Origin: Octopus vulgaris
Lineage: Eukaryota
Length of the DNA: 64,000 nucleotides
Reading direction: 5' to 3'
Assembly (NCBI GenBank): GCA_951406725.2
Contig: OX597833.1
Location: 48,112,001-48,176,000 of the forward strand
Within the stretch, counting starts at the first letter, position 1. Every line of letters starts with the position of its first letter. The position numbers were made by a program, and so were the translations under genes. The notes beneath the pieces are model-generated. The model saw only the letters and a list, made by a program, of their open reading frames with translations, ran no database searches and was not told the DNA's origin. Shown one piece after another: positions 39,945-52,843 of this stretch.

Positions 39945-40310
39945 TTAAAAGAGGCTTGAGAGGCGGTTGGATGGAACCTACACTCGCCTCCTTATGAGAG
40001 CTCAAAATCTCTCGTGGAAGCGCCATCCAACCAAAATGCAAATATATGGGAAACTACCACCTGTGTCATCTCTTGTGAAAGGTAGGAGAGTCCAGTTTGC
40101 TGGACATTGTTGTAGAGCTGAAAAAGAAGTAATTTCTACTCTTCTCCTCTGGAAGCCATCTACTCGCAATACCAGAGGGCGCACACTCTCCTACCCTGAT
40201 GTAATCTCCAGGGATACAGGCATCCAGCAACAGGACCTCCGTAATGCTATGATGGACCGTGAAGTCTGGCGTAACATAGTAAATTCCACGGTTGAACAAT
40301 GATGATGATG
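39945..40310 (+). mobile_element. RTE-clade LINE 3' fragment, (GAT)n tail (second copy about 19913-20101)
   Basis: RRLDGTYTRLLMRAQNLSW...RRVQFAGHC.R....LLLWKP....RGR...M.DREVWR. Confidence 0.85.
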
Positions 40311-40633
40311 AGCTTAAAAGCCACATTGCATGCGGACTCTTAAGCTAGCTCCTGCAGAGCGCTAATTGGGCCTGCAGCTCAAAACTAAAGAGAGCTAAAT
40401 AGCATCACTATAATACATCTATAATGACTATATGCCCCGGTGGTGTTTGATCAGAGGTTAAGGACAGATGAGAATTAATTCTGTAATGCAATCATTCTAT
40501 TGGTTCAGTCCCAAGTTGAATTCCAACTGTTGGAGGACAATTTGTACCCAAATTCTTAGTTTGACGTAAAATTAACGAAGCGAATGTCATTTATCTCCCA
40601 CTTGATCACTGACATCATCTGACAAATGCTAAC

Positions 40634-40674
<41 letters not shown>

Positions 40675-41860
40675 CTTAACGTCCGTTTTCCATGCTAGCA
40701 TGGGTTGGAAGGTTTTGACTGAGGGCAGGCAACCAGATGGCTGCACCAGGCTCCGGTCTTGATCTGGCAGAGTTTCTACAGCTGGATGCCCTTCCTAACG
40801 CCAACCACTCCGAGAGTGTAGTGGGTGCTTTTTACGTGCCACCTGCACAGGGGCCAGTCAGGCGGTACTGGCAATGACCTCGCTCGAATCTTTTTACACG
40901 TGATTCAAGCGAGGGGCTTCTTTCAGTTTTATGTCTACCAAATCCACTCAAAAGGCTTTGGTCAGCCCAAGGCTATAGTAGTAGACACTTGCCATGCAGT
41001 GGGACTGAACCCAGAATCATGTGGATAGGAAACTTCTTAACCACACAGTCATGCCTGTACCTAGTATAAAGTAATTTTCAACGTAATACAATAATTTTCC
41101 CCATATACAATAAAATGTAAATGGGGAATAAAGATAAAGTTTTCTCAATAATATTTTAATAGAAAATATATTTTTTAAGAATGGTGAATTACAGAATTTC
41201 CATTCAATATGGTGTAAATCAGCCAAGCTTTACCTGCTAGAAAGAGCAACCCAAATGCTTTTAAACCAGATCCCAATGTTGGATGTCCAAGAACCAAATG
41301 AAGGGCAGATTTTCAATTCCAGGATCATTCTCTGATTCCAAAAAGGTATAATATGTCTATGTAGACCAAGATACAGGGATCCCGGACAGGCAGAATTTTG
41401 TTTTTATTATTATAGATAGATGATACGTTGTTTGAAGTAGTAATAAATTAAAGTTTTATAGATTCAACTGATACATATTGGTTTCCATGGCACTAAATGA
41501 GCCCCAGAAAATAATTTGAAAAAAGTGAAGGAAGTCAAAGTACTTTAAGTTTTTCAAGATTGGTTGAAAAACTGAAGGTTCCTGATATTGGTTTAGACCA
41601 GTGGTTCTCAACCAATTTTTACTTATGGATCCCTTTGATTGCTATTTCACTCTGGTGGACCCCCATTGCCACTTGAAGTTATAGATACTTCTTTAAAAAT
41701 TCCTACACCACTGAAAACATATTAAGATGCTTAGATCAGAAATTTTGAAAATTAAAGGTGTCTATTTACTGTCTGCATGTCTGTGTATATAGTTGAAATT
41801 TACAGAAAAACAAAAGACGAAGACAGGTGTATAAACAACAAGCAGGTGTTTTAATTTGAC

Positions 41861-42017
41861 GCAATCAGAACACCACTACATTCAAAAGCAAACATTGCAA
41901 AGCATTTAGAGTGGAGTAAAAACCTACAGAATTGGACCCTAGAGCAGTGGAAGAATGTTGTCTTCTTGGATGAGTCATCATTTACCTTATGTCTGACCAT
42001 CGGCCGAGTATATGTTT
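41861..42017 (+). pseudogene. Tc1-family transposase fragment
   Basis: Translates AIRTPLHSKANIAKHLEWSKNLQNWTLEQWKNVVFLDESSF, the Tc1 W..V.FSDES region containing the first catalytic Asp. Confidence 0.75.
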
Positions 42018-42697
42018 TGTCTTCACCTTCTAGTATTGAGAATCTTTAATCTCTTACTTGTCTTAGTCATTAGCCTTTGGCCATGCTGGGGCACTGCCTT
42101 GAGCAGATTTTAGTCAGGTGAATTGACCCCCCAGTACTTATTTTTTTTAAAGCCTGGTGCTTATTCTATTGGTCCCTTTTACTGAGCCACTAAGTTACAG
42201 GGATGTAAACACACCAACACTGGTTGTCAAGTGGTGGTGGACACACACACACACACATTTATATGACAGGCTTTTTTCAGTTTCCATTTGCCAAATCCAC
42301 TCACATGGCTTTGGTCAGCCTGAGACCATAGTAGAAGACACTTGCCCAAGGTGCCATTTAGTCGGATTGAACCTGGAACCATATTGTTAGGAAGCAAACC
42401 TCTCACCACACTGCCATGCCTGCACCTATGAGAGAAAGATGGTATTTTTAAATAATTTTTTTTGAGATTGCTAAGGCTCAAAAAAGGCCAAAATGCATCT
42501 GGTGCTCTCACTGGCAACTGGTGAGAGGAATTTTCATCTCTCCTATATTTATTGTGTTTTTAACATAGCAACTAAGTCCAGAGATGTTATCTCAGGACAA
42601 ATACTGCACCAACTGGCCTATCAATGATGTATATACATTAAGTATAATACATAGATGGCTGTTTTATTTTTATACTGATTCAATTGCATATACCAAT

Positions 42698-42778
<81 letters not shown>

Positions 42779-43253
42779 CTGTTGAAGTAAACACATGAAA
42801 AAAATTTGCAATAACAAATAAAAGATGGGTTACAGTCCTCAGTTGCACTTCAAAAATTTGCCTCTAAGTGTTTTTTATGGTAATTTATTTATTCTATTAA
42901 ATTTTCAAATTATATTATCAAAATGTTTTCTGAGAAAAACCATGTGACCTCTTAAAAACACAAAACAAAATAAACTTGAAATGGATATCTGAAACTGTTC
43001 ATCCCGGATGAAAGAACTTGAGTATCATCATCCTCGTTGTCGTTGTCGTCGCCGCCGCCGTCGTCGTTTTGCGTCTGTTTAATGGGTTGGATGGTTCGAC
43101 CGGGGTCTGGGAAGCCAGGAGGCTGCACTAGGCTCCAGTTTGATCTGGCAGTGTTTCTACAGCTGGATGCCCTTCCTAACGCCAACCACTCTGTGAGTGT
43201 AGTGGGTGCTTTTTACGTGCCAGGGGAGGCATATACATACATACATATATATA

Positions 43254-43338
<85 letters not shown>

Positions 43339-44054
43339 TTTTATTTGTTTCAGTCATTTGACTGCAGCCATGCTGGAGTGCTGCCTTTAGTCAAACAAAT
43401 CGACCCAAGGACTTATTCTTTGTAAGTCTAGTACGTATACTATCAGTCTCTCTTGCTGAACTGTCAAGGTATGGGGACATAAACACACCAACATCGCCTG
43501 TCAAGCGTGGGTGGGTAGGGTTGACAAACATAGACACACAAACCATGTGGTTGATGAGCAAGCTACTTACCACACAACCACTCCTGCACCTATCATTGAA
43601 CTGGATGAATAAAATAGAATGATTGCCAAAGCACTTCAGTTTGAATCGGTATTTCCAAGTATGCTCACATGATTGTATGATGACCAGACCCAAAGTCTAC
43701 CATATGAAGAAGGTTGTTAACCTTTTAGTATTTAAACTAGCCATATCTGGTCCAAATATTCCTGTTTTATGTTCAAACTGGCCTGATCCAACCTCTCATA
43801 CCTACTCAACACTGTCATTCAAATTCATTATTCATTGAACTCTGAATATGATGCATGAGTAATTCAAAATAATGTGAATAAATAAGCATTAGGTGCAGGA
43901 ATGGCTGTGTGGTAAGTAGCTTGCTTACCAACCACACGGTTCCGGGTTCAGTCCCACTGCATGGCACCTTAGGCAAGTGTCTTCTTCTATAGCCTCGGGC
44001 CGACCAAAGCTTTCTGAGTGGATTTGGTAGACGGAAACTGAGAGAAGCCTGTCG

Positions 44055-44089
<35 letters not shown>

Positions 44090-44388
44090 ATATGTTTGTG
44101 TGTCTGTCTTTGTGTCCCCCTCCCAACATCGCTTGACAACCGATGCTGGTGTGTTTATGTTCCCGTAACTTAGCAGTTCGGCAAAAGAGACTGATAGATT
44201 AAGTACTAGGCTTACAAAGAATAAGTCCTGGGAGTCGATTTGTTCGACTAAAGGCGGTGCTCCAGCATGGCCACAGTCAAATGACTGAAACAAGTAAAAG
44301 AGTAAAGAGTTTTACATTTGACAGAGTAATTTGGATTCTAAAGGATTAAAGCAAATATCAGTAACATAATTGTGTCACTGGTAATAAA

Positions 44389-44977
44389 GAAAGCTAGATG
44401 CAGTGTGGCCAAATGGTCAAGGAGTTTGTTGTGCAATCAGAAAGTCCTGGATTTGATCTCATTTCTTGGCATCTTAGGTGAATATTTTATCCCATAGCCT
44501 TAGGTTGACCCAAGCTTTGTGGGCCAAAAATGGACTGAAAGCTAGATGTAGTGTGGCCAAATGGTTCAGGAGTTTGTTGTGCAAACACAGTCCTGGATTC
44601 AGTCTCTCTGCTTGGCATCTTAGGTGAATGTTTTATCCCCATAGCCTTGGGTTGACCCAAGCCTTAGGTGCAAAAACGAATTGAAAGCTAGCCTCAGTGT
44701 GGACAAATGGAGTTTGTTATGCAATCACAAAGTCCTGAATTCGATCTCAGATCTTGTCATCTTAGGTAAAAATTTTATCCCATAGCCTTAGGTTAACCCA
44801 AGCCTTGTAGATGAAAATGGACTGAAAGCTAGATGCAGTGTGGCCAAATGGTCCAGGAGTTTGTTGTGCAATTACAAAGTTCTGGATTCTATCTCACTGC
44901 TTAGCAACTTGGGTGAATATGTTATTCCATAGCTTTGAGTTGACCCAAGCCTTGCAGGCAAAAATGAACTGAAAGCT
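44389..44977 (+). repeat. Tandem array, 4 units of 141-148 bp, SINE-head-derived
   Basis: Units start gaaagcta at 44389, 44537, 44683 and 44824. Confidence 0.85.
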
Positions 44978-45766
44978 GTATTTCTAATATAGGCTACTAA
45001 ATCATTTAATAAGCATCCATTCCTACTTAGTTTATACTTGAACTGTTGCAGTGTGTTGATACAGTAAACGTTTCACCTCACTCCGACAATGGTTTGTGTG
45101 CCCAAAATGTTAAACTACTCTCCCAAATAACAAAATAATTTATTCCAGTTTGCAGTGGATTTGGTAGATGGAAACTGAAAGAAGGCTTTGGTTGGTCCAA
45201 GGCATAATAGTAGACACCATCTTGGGCAAGTGTCCTCTACTATTGCACTGGCTGACAAAAACCTTGTGAGTGGATTTGGTAGATGAAAACTGAAAGAAGC
45301 CTCTTTCTCTCTCTCTCCATATATATGTATGTGTGTGTGTGGAGGCGCAATGGCCCAGTGGTTAGGGCAGTGGACTCGCAGTCGTAGGATTGCGGTTTCG
45401 ATTCCCAGACTGAGCGTTGTGGGTGTTTATTGAGCGAAAACACCTAAAGCTCCATGAGGGTCCAGCAGGGAGTGGTGGCGATCCCTGCTGTACTCTTTCG
45501 CCGCAACTTTCCCTCACTCTTTCTTATGTTGTCCTGCTCACGTAGCCAGTGGGGTGGCGTCATTTGAAGGCTAAAACAATGTGAAGCGCATTGTGACCAG
45601 CGATGTGTAGTAACATCTTATAGCCTGGTCGGTCACATAGCCGAAATTGCTAGGATGATCCGGTTCTTGATTGAAGATTGAAGGCTTCGAATGTCCCATC
45701 CGTGTTTTTTGTATCGTCTTCTAAATGTTTTACGTTCTTGTCCCAGTTTGTATTTTTCTACATATT

Positions 45767-45836
<70 letters not shown>

Positions 45837-46071
45837 GAGAGAGATAATGTAGGTAGTGTGTCTTTGTGTCTATGTTTGTCCTCTGCCATGTTTGACAACT
45901 TTGAGTCAGTCTGTTTACAATCCTGTAACTTAGTGGTTCAGCAAAAAGTAACCAATAGAATAAAAACCAGGCTTCAAAATAAAACAGAGAAAAGATGAAC
46001 ATTTCAAAATGGTTTTCATTACCAAAGCCACAACAGGCTTCTTCCAGTTTCCACCTATCAAATCCATTCAC

Positions 46072-46123
<52 letters not shown>

Positions 46124-46397
46124 CATAAATATACACAACAGGCTCCTGCCAGTTTCCACCTACCAAATCCATTCGCAAAACAGTGGTCAACCCAGAGTTA
46201 TAGTAGAAGACACTTGTCCAAAGGTACCATGCATTGGAATTGAACCTGAGACCACACGGCTGGGAAGCAAGCTTTTAAGTCACAGCTAAGCCTGTGCTTC
46301 TAAGGATTACAACCAATCTCTTGCACTTTTATAGTTGTTGTAACTGAAACTATATTTCAAAATATCACAATTAATTGCCTTCTTTTCTAATATTTAG

Positions 46398-46519
46398 ACT
46401 AAAGCTCTTCGTGTATCTACAAGCAGCAGCTCAGCAGAAGAAAAATATCCAATTATATTTGTCGTTCGCCAACAGGAAGGAGTCATTTCTTGGACAGTTC
46501 CGTTCTTTTTGGATTTTAA
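46398..46519 (+). CDS. SIDT: SIDT-like exon 2
   Basis: tttag|TKALRVSTSSSSAEEKYPIIFVVRQQEGVISWTVPFFLDF-AA|gtaagt; matches SIDT VRV....P.LFVVRQ...V.S..VP. Confidence 0.93.
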
Positions 46520-46647
46520 GTAAGTATCAAAATCTTTCGTGTTTCTGCCTCAGTAAATTCTGTCCAGCCCATGTAAGCATGGAAAATGATGACAACAACG
46601 ACAATGTTGATGCTTTTATTATAACTTTATCCAAATATTTTTTGCAG

Positions 46648-46809
46648 ATACGAATTCTTTCACGTAAGTCGAACACTCTGTCCATTAGACCAAGAGCACC
46701 GTGCGAATATCAGTAAACATCAGAAGATAATTATAGAAGTTTCGTCACAGGTTAAGGAGTCATCAGATTTTCTTCTACAAACCTCTATTGTGAAAAATTT
46801 CAAACTAAA
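46648..46809 (+). CDS. SIDT: SIDT-like exon 3
   Basis: tttgcag|A-YEFFHVSRTLCPLDQEHRANISKHQKIIIEVSSQVKESSDFLLQTSIVKNFKL-AA|gtaagt; V.RTLC motif; phase 2/2; 128-bp upstream intron. Confidence 0.92.
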
Positions 46810-47031
46810 GTAAGTGAATTTGCATTTATATTGCTTTATAAATTCATATGTACATGTATGCATGTATAGGCACACACACACACATACTGATCCACACACA
46901 TGCGCACAAACAAACAAAAGGGAACGCAGTGTAAATAACGGACAGAGTCAAGACTATTGAAAAGGTTGCAAGACGTAACGAAAATTTTAGAAAATAAAAA
47001 TAAGAAATAAGTGGAAATTTTACCGGTGAGT

Positions 47032-47035
<4 letters not shown>

Positions 47036-47071
<36 letters not shown>

Positions 47072-47446
47072 ATTTGGCTCAAAAGCAAATAGCAAATAGT
47101 AGGGGGACATGGAGTTAAGTACAGGGTGGTGTTCATGTAAAGAGTTCAGGCCACTTGAGGTCCAGGGAGGCTTTGAACAAAGCGGTCGTCGGCATCTTCA
47201 CCATCTCGTCTGGCAGCTTGTTCCATGGATCCGCAACCCGGACGGAGAAAGCTCCTCTCCTTCGATTGAGATGAAATCGTCGCAGGTAGAGCTTTTCGGA
47301 ATGACCCCGCAGCCGACGCTCTGGAGCAGGAGTGAAGAACAGCTCTTTCGAGAGGTTACACTTTCCGCTTATGATGTTGTGGGCGAGAATGAGATCAGCA
47401 CGGCGGCGGCGTTTTTCAAGAGAATAAAGGTCGAGCGTCCTCAGCC
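47036..47446 (-). mobile_element. CR1-clade LINE 3' fragment, same family, (TAAC)n tail
   Basis: Collinear with 56170-56557; tgtta duplicated at 47031-47035 and 47447-47451. Confidence 0.85.
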
Positions 47447-47800
47447 TGTTAAATAATAAGGCACTGAAAGAGAATGACTCTCCCCAGACACAACAGAATA
47501 TAAATTCTAACTTACCTTAGAAGTTCTAACTTCACTTGGAAATATTGATACTATCTTTGGCTCAGTTAATAAGCAATTTATTTTTGTCTTCCTATTTCAG
47601 ATTATCAAAAACATGCTACACAGCATAATCAGCACTGATTTTTATCGCATACTAGAAGATAAATTATCTAATGTTTAACCTTTTAGCATTCAAACTGGTT
47701 ACACCTGGTCTAAATATTCTACCTGTTTTATGTTCAAACTGGCCAGACAAGCCTCTTATGCATATCCTACAATGTCGTTCTAAAAATAAATGATTGCATA

Positions 47801-47967
47801 TAGGCGCAGGAGTGGCTGTGTGGTAAGTAGCTTGTTAACCAACCACATGGTTCCGGGTTCAGTCCCACTGCGTGGCACCTTGGGCAAGTGTCTTCTACTA
47901 TAGCCTCGGGCCGACCAAAGCCTTGTGAGTGGATTTGGTAGATGGAAACTGAAAGAAGCCTGTCGTA

Positions 47968-48023
<56 letters not shown>

Positions 48024-48243
48024 TGTGTGTGTTTGTGTGTCTGTGTTTGTCCCCCTAGCATTGCTTGACAACTGATGCTGGTGTGTTTATGTCCCTGTTA
48101 CTTAGCGGTTCGGCAAATGAGACCGATAGAATAAGTACTGGGCTTACCAAAGAATAAGTCCTAGGGTCGAGTTGCTCGATTAAAGGCGGTGCTCCAGCAT
48201 GGCCGCAGTCAAATGACTGAAGCAAGTAAAAGAGTAAAAAGAG
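47801..48243 (+). mobile_element. SINE family B (tRNA-derived head, (TA)n/(TG)n linker, (AAGAGTA)n tail), representative copy
   Basis: A box gtggctgtgtgg, B box ggttcagtccc. Other copies 38048-38490, 43890-44310, 49853-50263, 52616-53069, 53411-53826, 57187-57582, 58350-58774 (+) and 7125-7772, 17695-18510, 35678-36082, 36335-36750, 42050-42428 (-). Confidence 0.85.
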
Positions 48244-48476
48244 CATTATTGAAATCTCAAAGGCTACTAGTTAATACATGATTAAATCAAAACAATATGA
48301 ATAAATAAGTATTTCATTTGACAGAGTAATCTGAATGCTAAAGGGTAACGAAGCCTTAATTTTGGCATTAAATAGATGAAGGATATCTAAGGTTGATTTT
48401 TCAGTTTTTGTTAATGAGAGAGAGAGAGAGAGAGAATGAGGTAGTAAATATCTAACTCTGTTATTATATTTTATAG

Positions 48477-48621
48477 GCTTGATGTTGAGAAACAGGTTAC
48501 AGTAACCCCTGCAGAGCCCCTATATTACATGTTTACCTTCCCAGATAATGTAGAATCAGTTGTTGTAACAGGACAATCAAATGATACCAGCTGTATGACG
48601 ATATCAATTCAAGATATTAAG
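48477..48621 (+). CDS. SIDT: SIDT-like exon 4
   Basis: ttatag|G-LDVEKQVTVTPAEPLYYMFTFPDNVESVVVTGQSNDTSCMTISIQDIK|gtatgt; matches SIDT P.Y..Y.FP..V.SV.V...S....C...SIQD. Confidence 0.95.
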
Positions 48622-48891
48622 GTATGTATCTTAGCTATTATCTTAGCCATTGTAGCCTGTTGTTTACATCTCTCTCACATTTGCATGAATATATGTTTAC
48701 AAACTCATATTCCATTTCACATACATACATGTATATATATTATCTGAAGTGTTCAGTATTATATATACCCCTTACAACTGATCTTACCAATCAGTTTCAT
48801 GCTAGGGGTACAACGGAGTGTTAGGTAACAATCTGATTATATAACCTTATACTCATCAGAGGCAGCTGATATGGAATGAAATATAGCAACT

Positions 48892-48977
<86 letters not shown>

Positions 48978-51264
48978 CACACACATATGTTCACTCAGTT
49001 CACTCAGATGTAGAAATGAGTTGCGATGTCACAGGTGCCAAGCTGTATCAGCCGTTGCCTTTCCCTTGGATAACACTGGTGGTGTGGAGAGGGGAGGCCG
49101 GTACGTATGGGCGACTGCTGGTCTTCCATAAACAACCTTGCCCGGACTTGTGCCTGGGAGGGTAACTTTCTAGGTGCAATCCCACGGTCGGTCATGACCG
49201 AAGGAGGTCTCAGCAGCAGCAAACACACATACATACGTACATACATACATACATATGTACATATGTATGTAAACATACTTACACGCATGCACTCACACAC
49301 ACGCACACATATCAGTATATATTTCTTTACTACCCAGGCAAGCTATATGCTTCAGAGGTTTGCTTTCCAACCATGTGACTTTAGGTTCAGTTCCAAAGTG
49401 TGGAAAGTGTTTTCTATTATAGCCCTGGGTGAATCAAAGCTTTGTGAGTAGATTTGCAGATGGAAACTGAAAGAAGCCTCTTGTGTGTGTGTATGTGTGG
49501 GTGTGTGTAGGTATGTGTGTGTGTGGGTGGGTGTTGTGTGTAACCCTGTCTTGATGCCATGTGATAATTGCAAAGGAGATTCCCCATCATATAAGCAATA
49601 TCGCTTGTTTCTAGTCTTTCATGAAAAATATGTCTAACTAAGGGGAAATATTGCCTTATTTGGAAACAGGTGAGGATTGGTGACAGGAACAGCATCTGGC
49701 TGTAGGAATTCTGCCTCAATAAATTCCTTTGACTCATGTAAGCATGGAAAAAGTGGATGTTAAATGAGAATGATAGTGGTGATGATGATACTTGTATGTA
49801 TGTGTGTTTGCGTGAGTTCATATTTCTCTTGTCTTTAATGTGGCAAGCTGGCAAGGAGTGGCTGTGTGGTAAGTAGCTTGCTGATGAACCACGTGGTTCC
49901 GGGTTCAGTCCCACTGCGTGGCATCTTGGGCAAGTGTCTTCTACTCTAGCCTTGGGCCGACCAAAACCATGCGAGTGGATTTGGTTGATGGAAACTGAAA
50001 GAAGCCTGTTGTATATATGTATATATATATATATATTTATGTGTGTGTATATGTTTGTGTGTCTGTGTTTGTCCCCCCAACATCACTTGACAACCGATGC
50101 TGGTGTGTTTATGTCACCGTAACTTAGCGGTTTGGCAAAAGAGACCGATAGAATAAGTACTAGGCTTACAAAGAATAAGTCCTGGGGTCGATCTGGTTGA
50201 CTAAAGGCAGTGCTCCAGCATGGCCACAGTCAAATGACTGAAACAAGTAAAAGAGTGAAAGAGTGTGCCGGGTGATATGCTTTGCATTATTTTGTCAATC
50301 TTTACGTTCTAAGTTCAAATTCCTCCAAGGTCAACTTTGCCATTTATCCTGGGGAAGATGTAATTGACTAACTCCTTCCTCCAAAAATTCCAGGCCTTGT
50401 GCCTATAGCAGAAAGGGTATTTCCGTTGGTTTCACATGTCTTCAATGGTTGTAATACAAGCCTTGCTGATGGTATTGTTTTTCTTGTAGTCCACTGCAAA
50501 AGCTTGTCCTTATATGTTACACAATCTGTGTAAACAAAAGGCTCATTCATATGGTTGTTTGTTTCAACTTCTCTTTGTGAACATGTCTGGGCTGTTTCTT
50601 GTTTGAAAACACCACTTAGTGTGTAGAGTATCATCGGCAGAGATCACTTTGTTATAAGCATTTAGGGCAGCTCTTTGGTTTGAGGATATCTTCTTCCCTC
50701 CTTTCAAAAAGTCTTGGAAGGTCAGTAAAGTGTAATGAGCATTGCCTTCCTAACTGAAAAAGAAAAAAACAAAAGAAAAAAAGAAAAATTGGTCTTCTAC
50801 TTACTTAAGATGCTAATGTGGGATTGAACCTGAAACCATATGGTTGAGACATAAACTTCTTAACCACAAAGCCCTGAAATCATTACATAACATACTATTC
50901 ATTATACACTTAACATTATTGAGAAGTAAACTACAATCTTTGTATAACTTACTTAATTAAATTTTATTGACTTGATTAACTTAATTAAATTTTATTAACT
51001 TAATTAACTTACTTAATTAAATTTTATTTTGAAACACATTGTTGTCATTATTAATTTTCTTTAAGGTGGTGAACTGGTAGAATCGTTAGCACGCCAGGCA
51101 AAATGCTTAGTGGAATTTTGTCTGTCTTTACGTTCTGAGTTCAAATTCTGCTGAGGTCGACTTTGCCTTTCATCCTTTTGGGGTTGGTAAATTAAGTACC
51201 AAAATTTTAGACCTTGTGCCCATAGTAGAAAGGATTATTAATTTTCTTTGTTTTCTTTTTGTAG

Positions 51265-51348
51265 TGTCCAATTTATGATCTGGACAGGAACATCCGTTTC
51301 CATGGTAAATTTCAAACAATGAGTAAAAATTCTGCTATTGTAGTCCAG
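51265..51348 (+). CDS. SIDT: SIDT-like exon 5
   Basis: ttgtag|[28 protein letters not shown]|gtaaga; the hallmark SIDT motif CPVYDLD.N..F.G.YQTM.K..AI..Q. Confidence 0.96.
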
Positions 51349-51479
51349 GTAAGATATCTTTATTTCATGTTGCTCTAGTCCACTCAGCTGGCAAAAATGA
51401 GTAGGACCTGTATTTCAAAGGGCCAGTCTTGTTGCATTCTTTGTTACACTGAATTTTCCTGAGAACTATGTTAAGGGTA

Positions 51480-51999
51480 CCATAAATCCTCGAGTATAGT
51501 CCACCCTTGAGTATAATACGCAGGAGATTTTTAGGGGGCTGTACCACTGGAAAACCTAAACCTTGTGTATAATATGCACCCCTTCTCTAACTTGAGTCGT
51601 GCATTATTAAGCTAGCAGCACCTAGTCGAACAAACACTTCCGTGCATGCGTAATACAATAATGGTGATGTTCTTAACTGTTATATGGGAATGTAAATATG
51701 TTTGCAAATTGTTTTTGTTACATGTTATTCTGTGTTCTGAATACTTTTATTATAGTGTGTTGCTTACTGCAAGTTATGGATGATCCATTTATGACTTCAT
51801 TGCTTTCAGGCTTAGTTTAAGGTATTTTCACGCCCGACATCACAAAATGCGCCTGAATAAACATTGCCAGACAGCAAATAGAGACACGGACATTACTTAG
51901 AAAATATTTTTCATTTTTAACCCCGTATATAGTACGCACTAGGGATTTTGACCTTTAAATTTTGGGGAAAAAATGCGGATTATACTCGAGGATTTACAG
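51480..51999. mobile_element. TA-flanked Tc1/mariner-superfamily (Tc2-type terminus) MITE nested in a SINE
   Basis: ta|ccataaatcctcgagtata...tatactcgaggatttacag|ta; the host SINE (ttaagggta...tgtgtccgtggagtgctcagcc) resumes after the TSD. Confidence 0.75.
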
Positions 52000-52320
52000 T
52001 ATATGTGTCCGTGGAGTGCTCAGCCATTTCTACGTTAATTTAACGAGCAGGCTGTTCCGTTGATCGGATCAACTGGAACCCTCATCATAACCAATGGAGT
52101 GCCTGTCACATGTGACAGAATATTCTGAATGCTAGTGGGTTAAAGTAATCCAAATTAAAACCTTCATCAAAATTTCATGTTAATTTATGTTCCAAACACT
52201 AGCTTAATTAAGGATATTCTTCATTATTTTCAAAATTATTGAAACAAAAGCACTGTTTTTCAAATGAATTTGATTACTAAAATATTAAAGAACTGATCTT
52301 CAAAATTTTATTTATTGCAG

Positions 52321-52471
52321 AAAAATCTTTACAGTCAGAATGCATTCTATGTTGTGTTGGTTTTAATGCTGAATAACTTAAAATGTTCTGCTTCTGATTC
52401 TGAGAAAGTGTTCCCGATGGGATCGGTTCGGACAAAAGATGTGACAATACTTGTCGAGGAAACAATATCAG
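52321..52471 (+). CDS. SIDT: SIDT-like exon 6
   Basis: ttgcag|KNLYSQNAFYVVLVLMLNNLKCSASDSEKVFPMGSVRTKDVTILVEETIS-G|gtaaga; FYVV.V......C motif and R.K...V. Confidence 0.92.
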
Positions 52472-52515
52472 GTAAGAGGGTATTGTAGTTTGCTGGAAGC
52501 ATTGTGCATTGTTTG

Positions 52516-52780
52516 TGAAATGTAACATGTCTGGAATGGTACAACAATGCAGAGTAGACTATGATAACTGTTATAAATAATTTAGTTATTCATAATCTAA
52601 TATAATATTTTGGAATAGGCGCAGGAGTGGCTGTGTGGTAAGTAGCTTGCTTACGAACCATGTGGTTCCGGGTTCAGTCCCACTGCGTGGCACCTTGGGC
52701 AAGTGTCTTCTATTATAGCCTCGGGCCGACCAAAGCCTTATGAGTGGATTTGGTAGACGGAAACTGAAAGAAGCCCGTCG

Positions 52781-52843
<63 letters not shown>

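Noticed and set aside
45650-45702. Hammerhead-like ttgaaga...cttcgaatgtc
   Set aside because: GAAA and the stems are too degenerate to support; at most a decayed relic.
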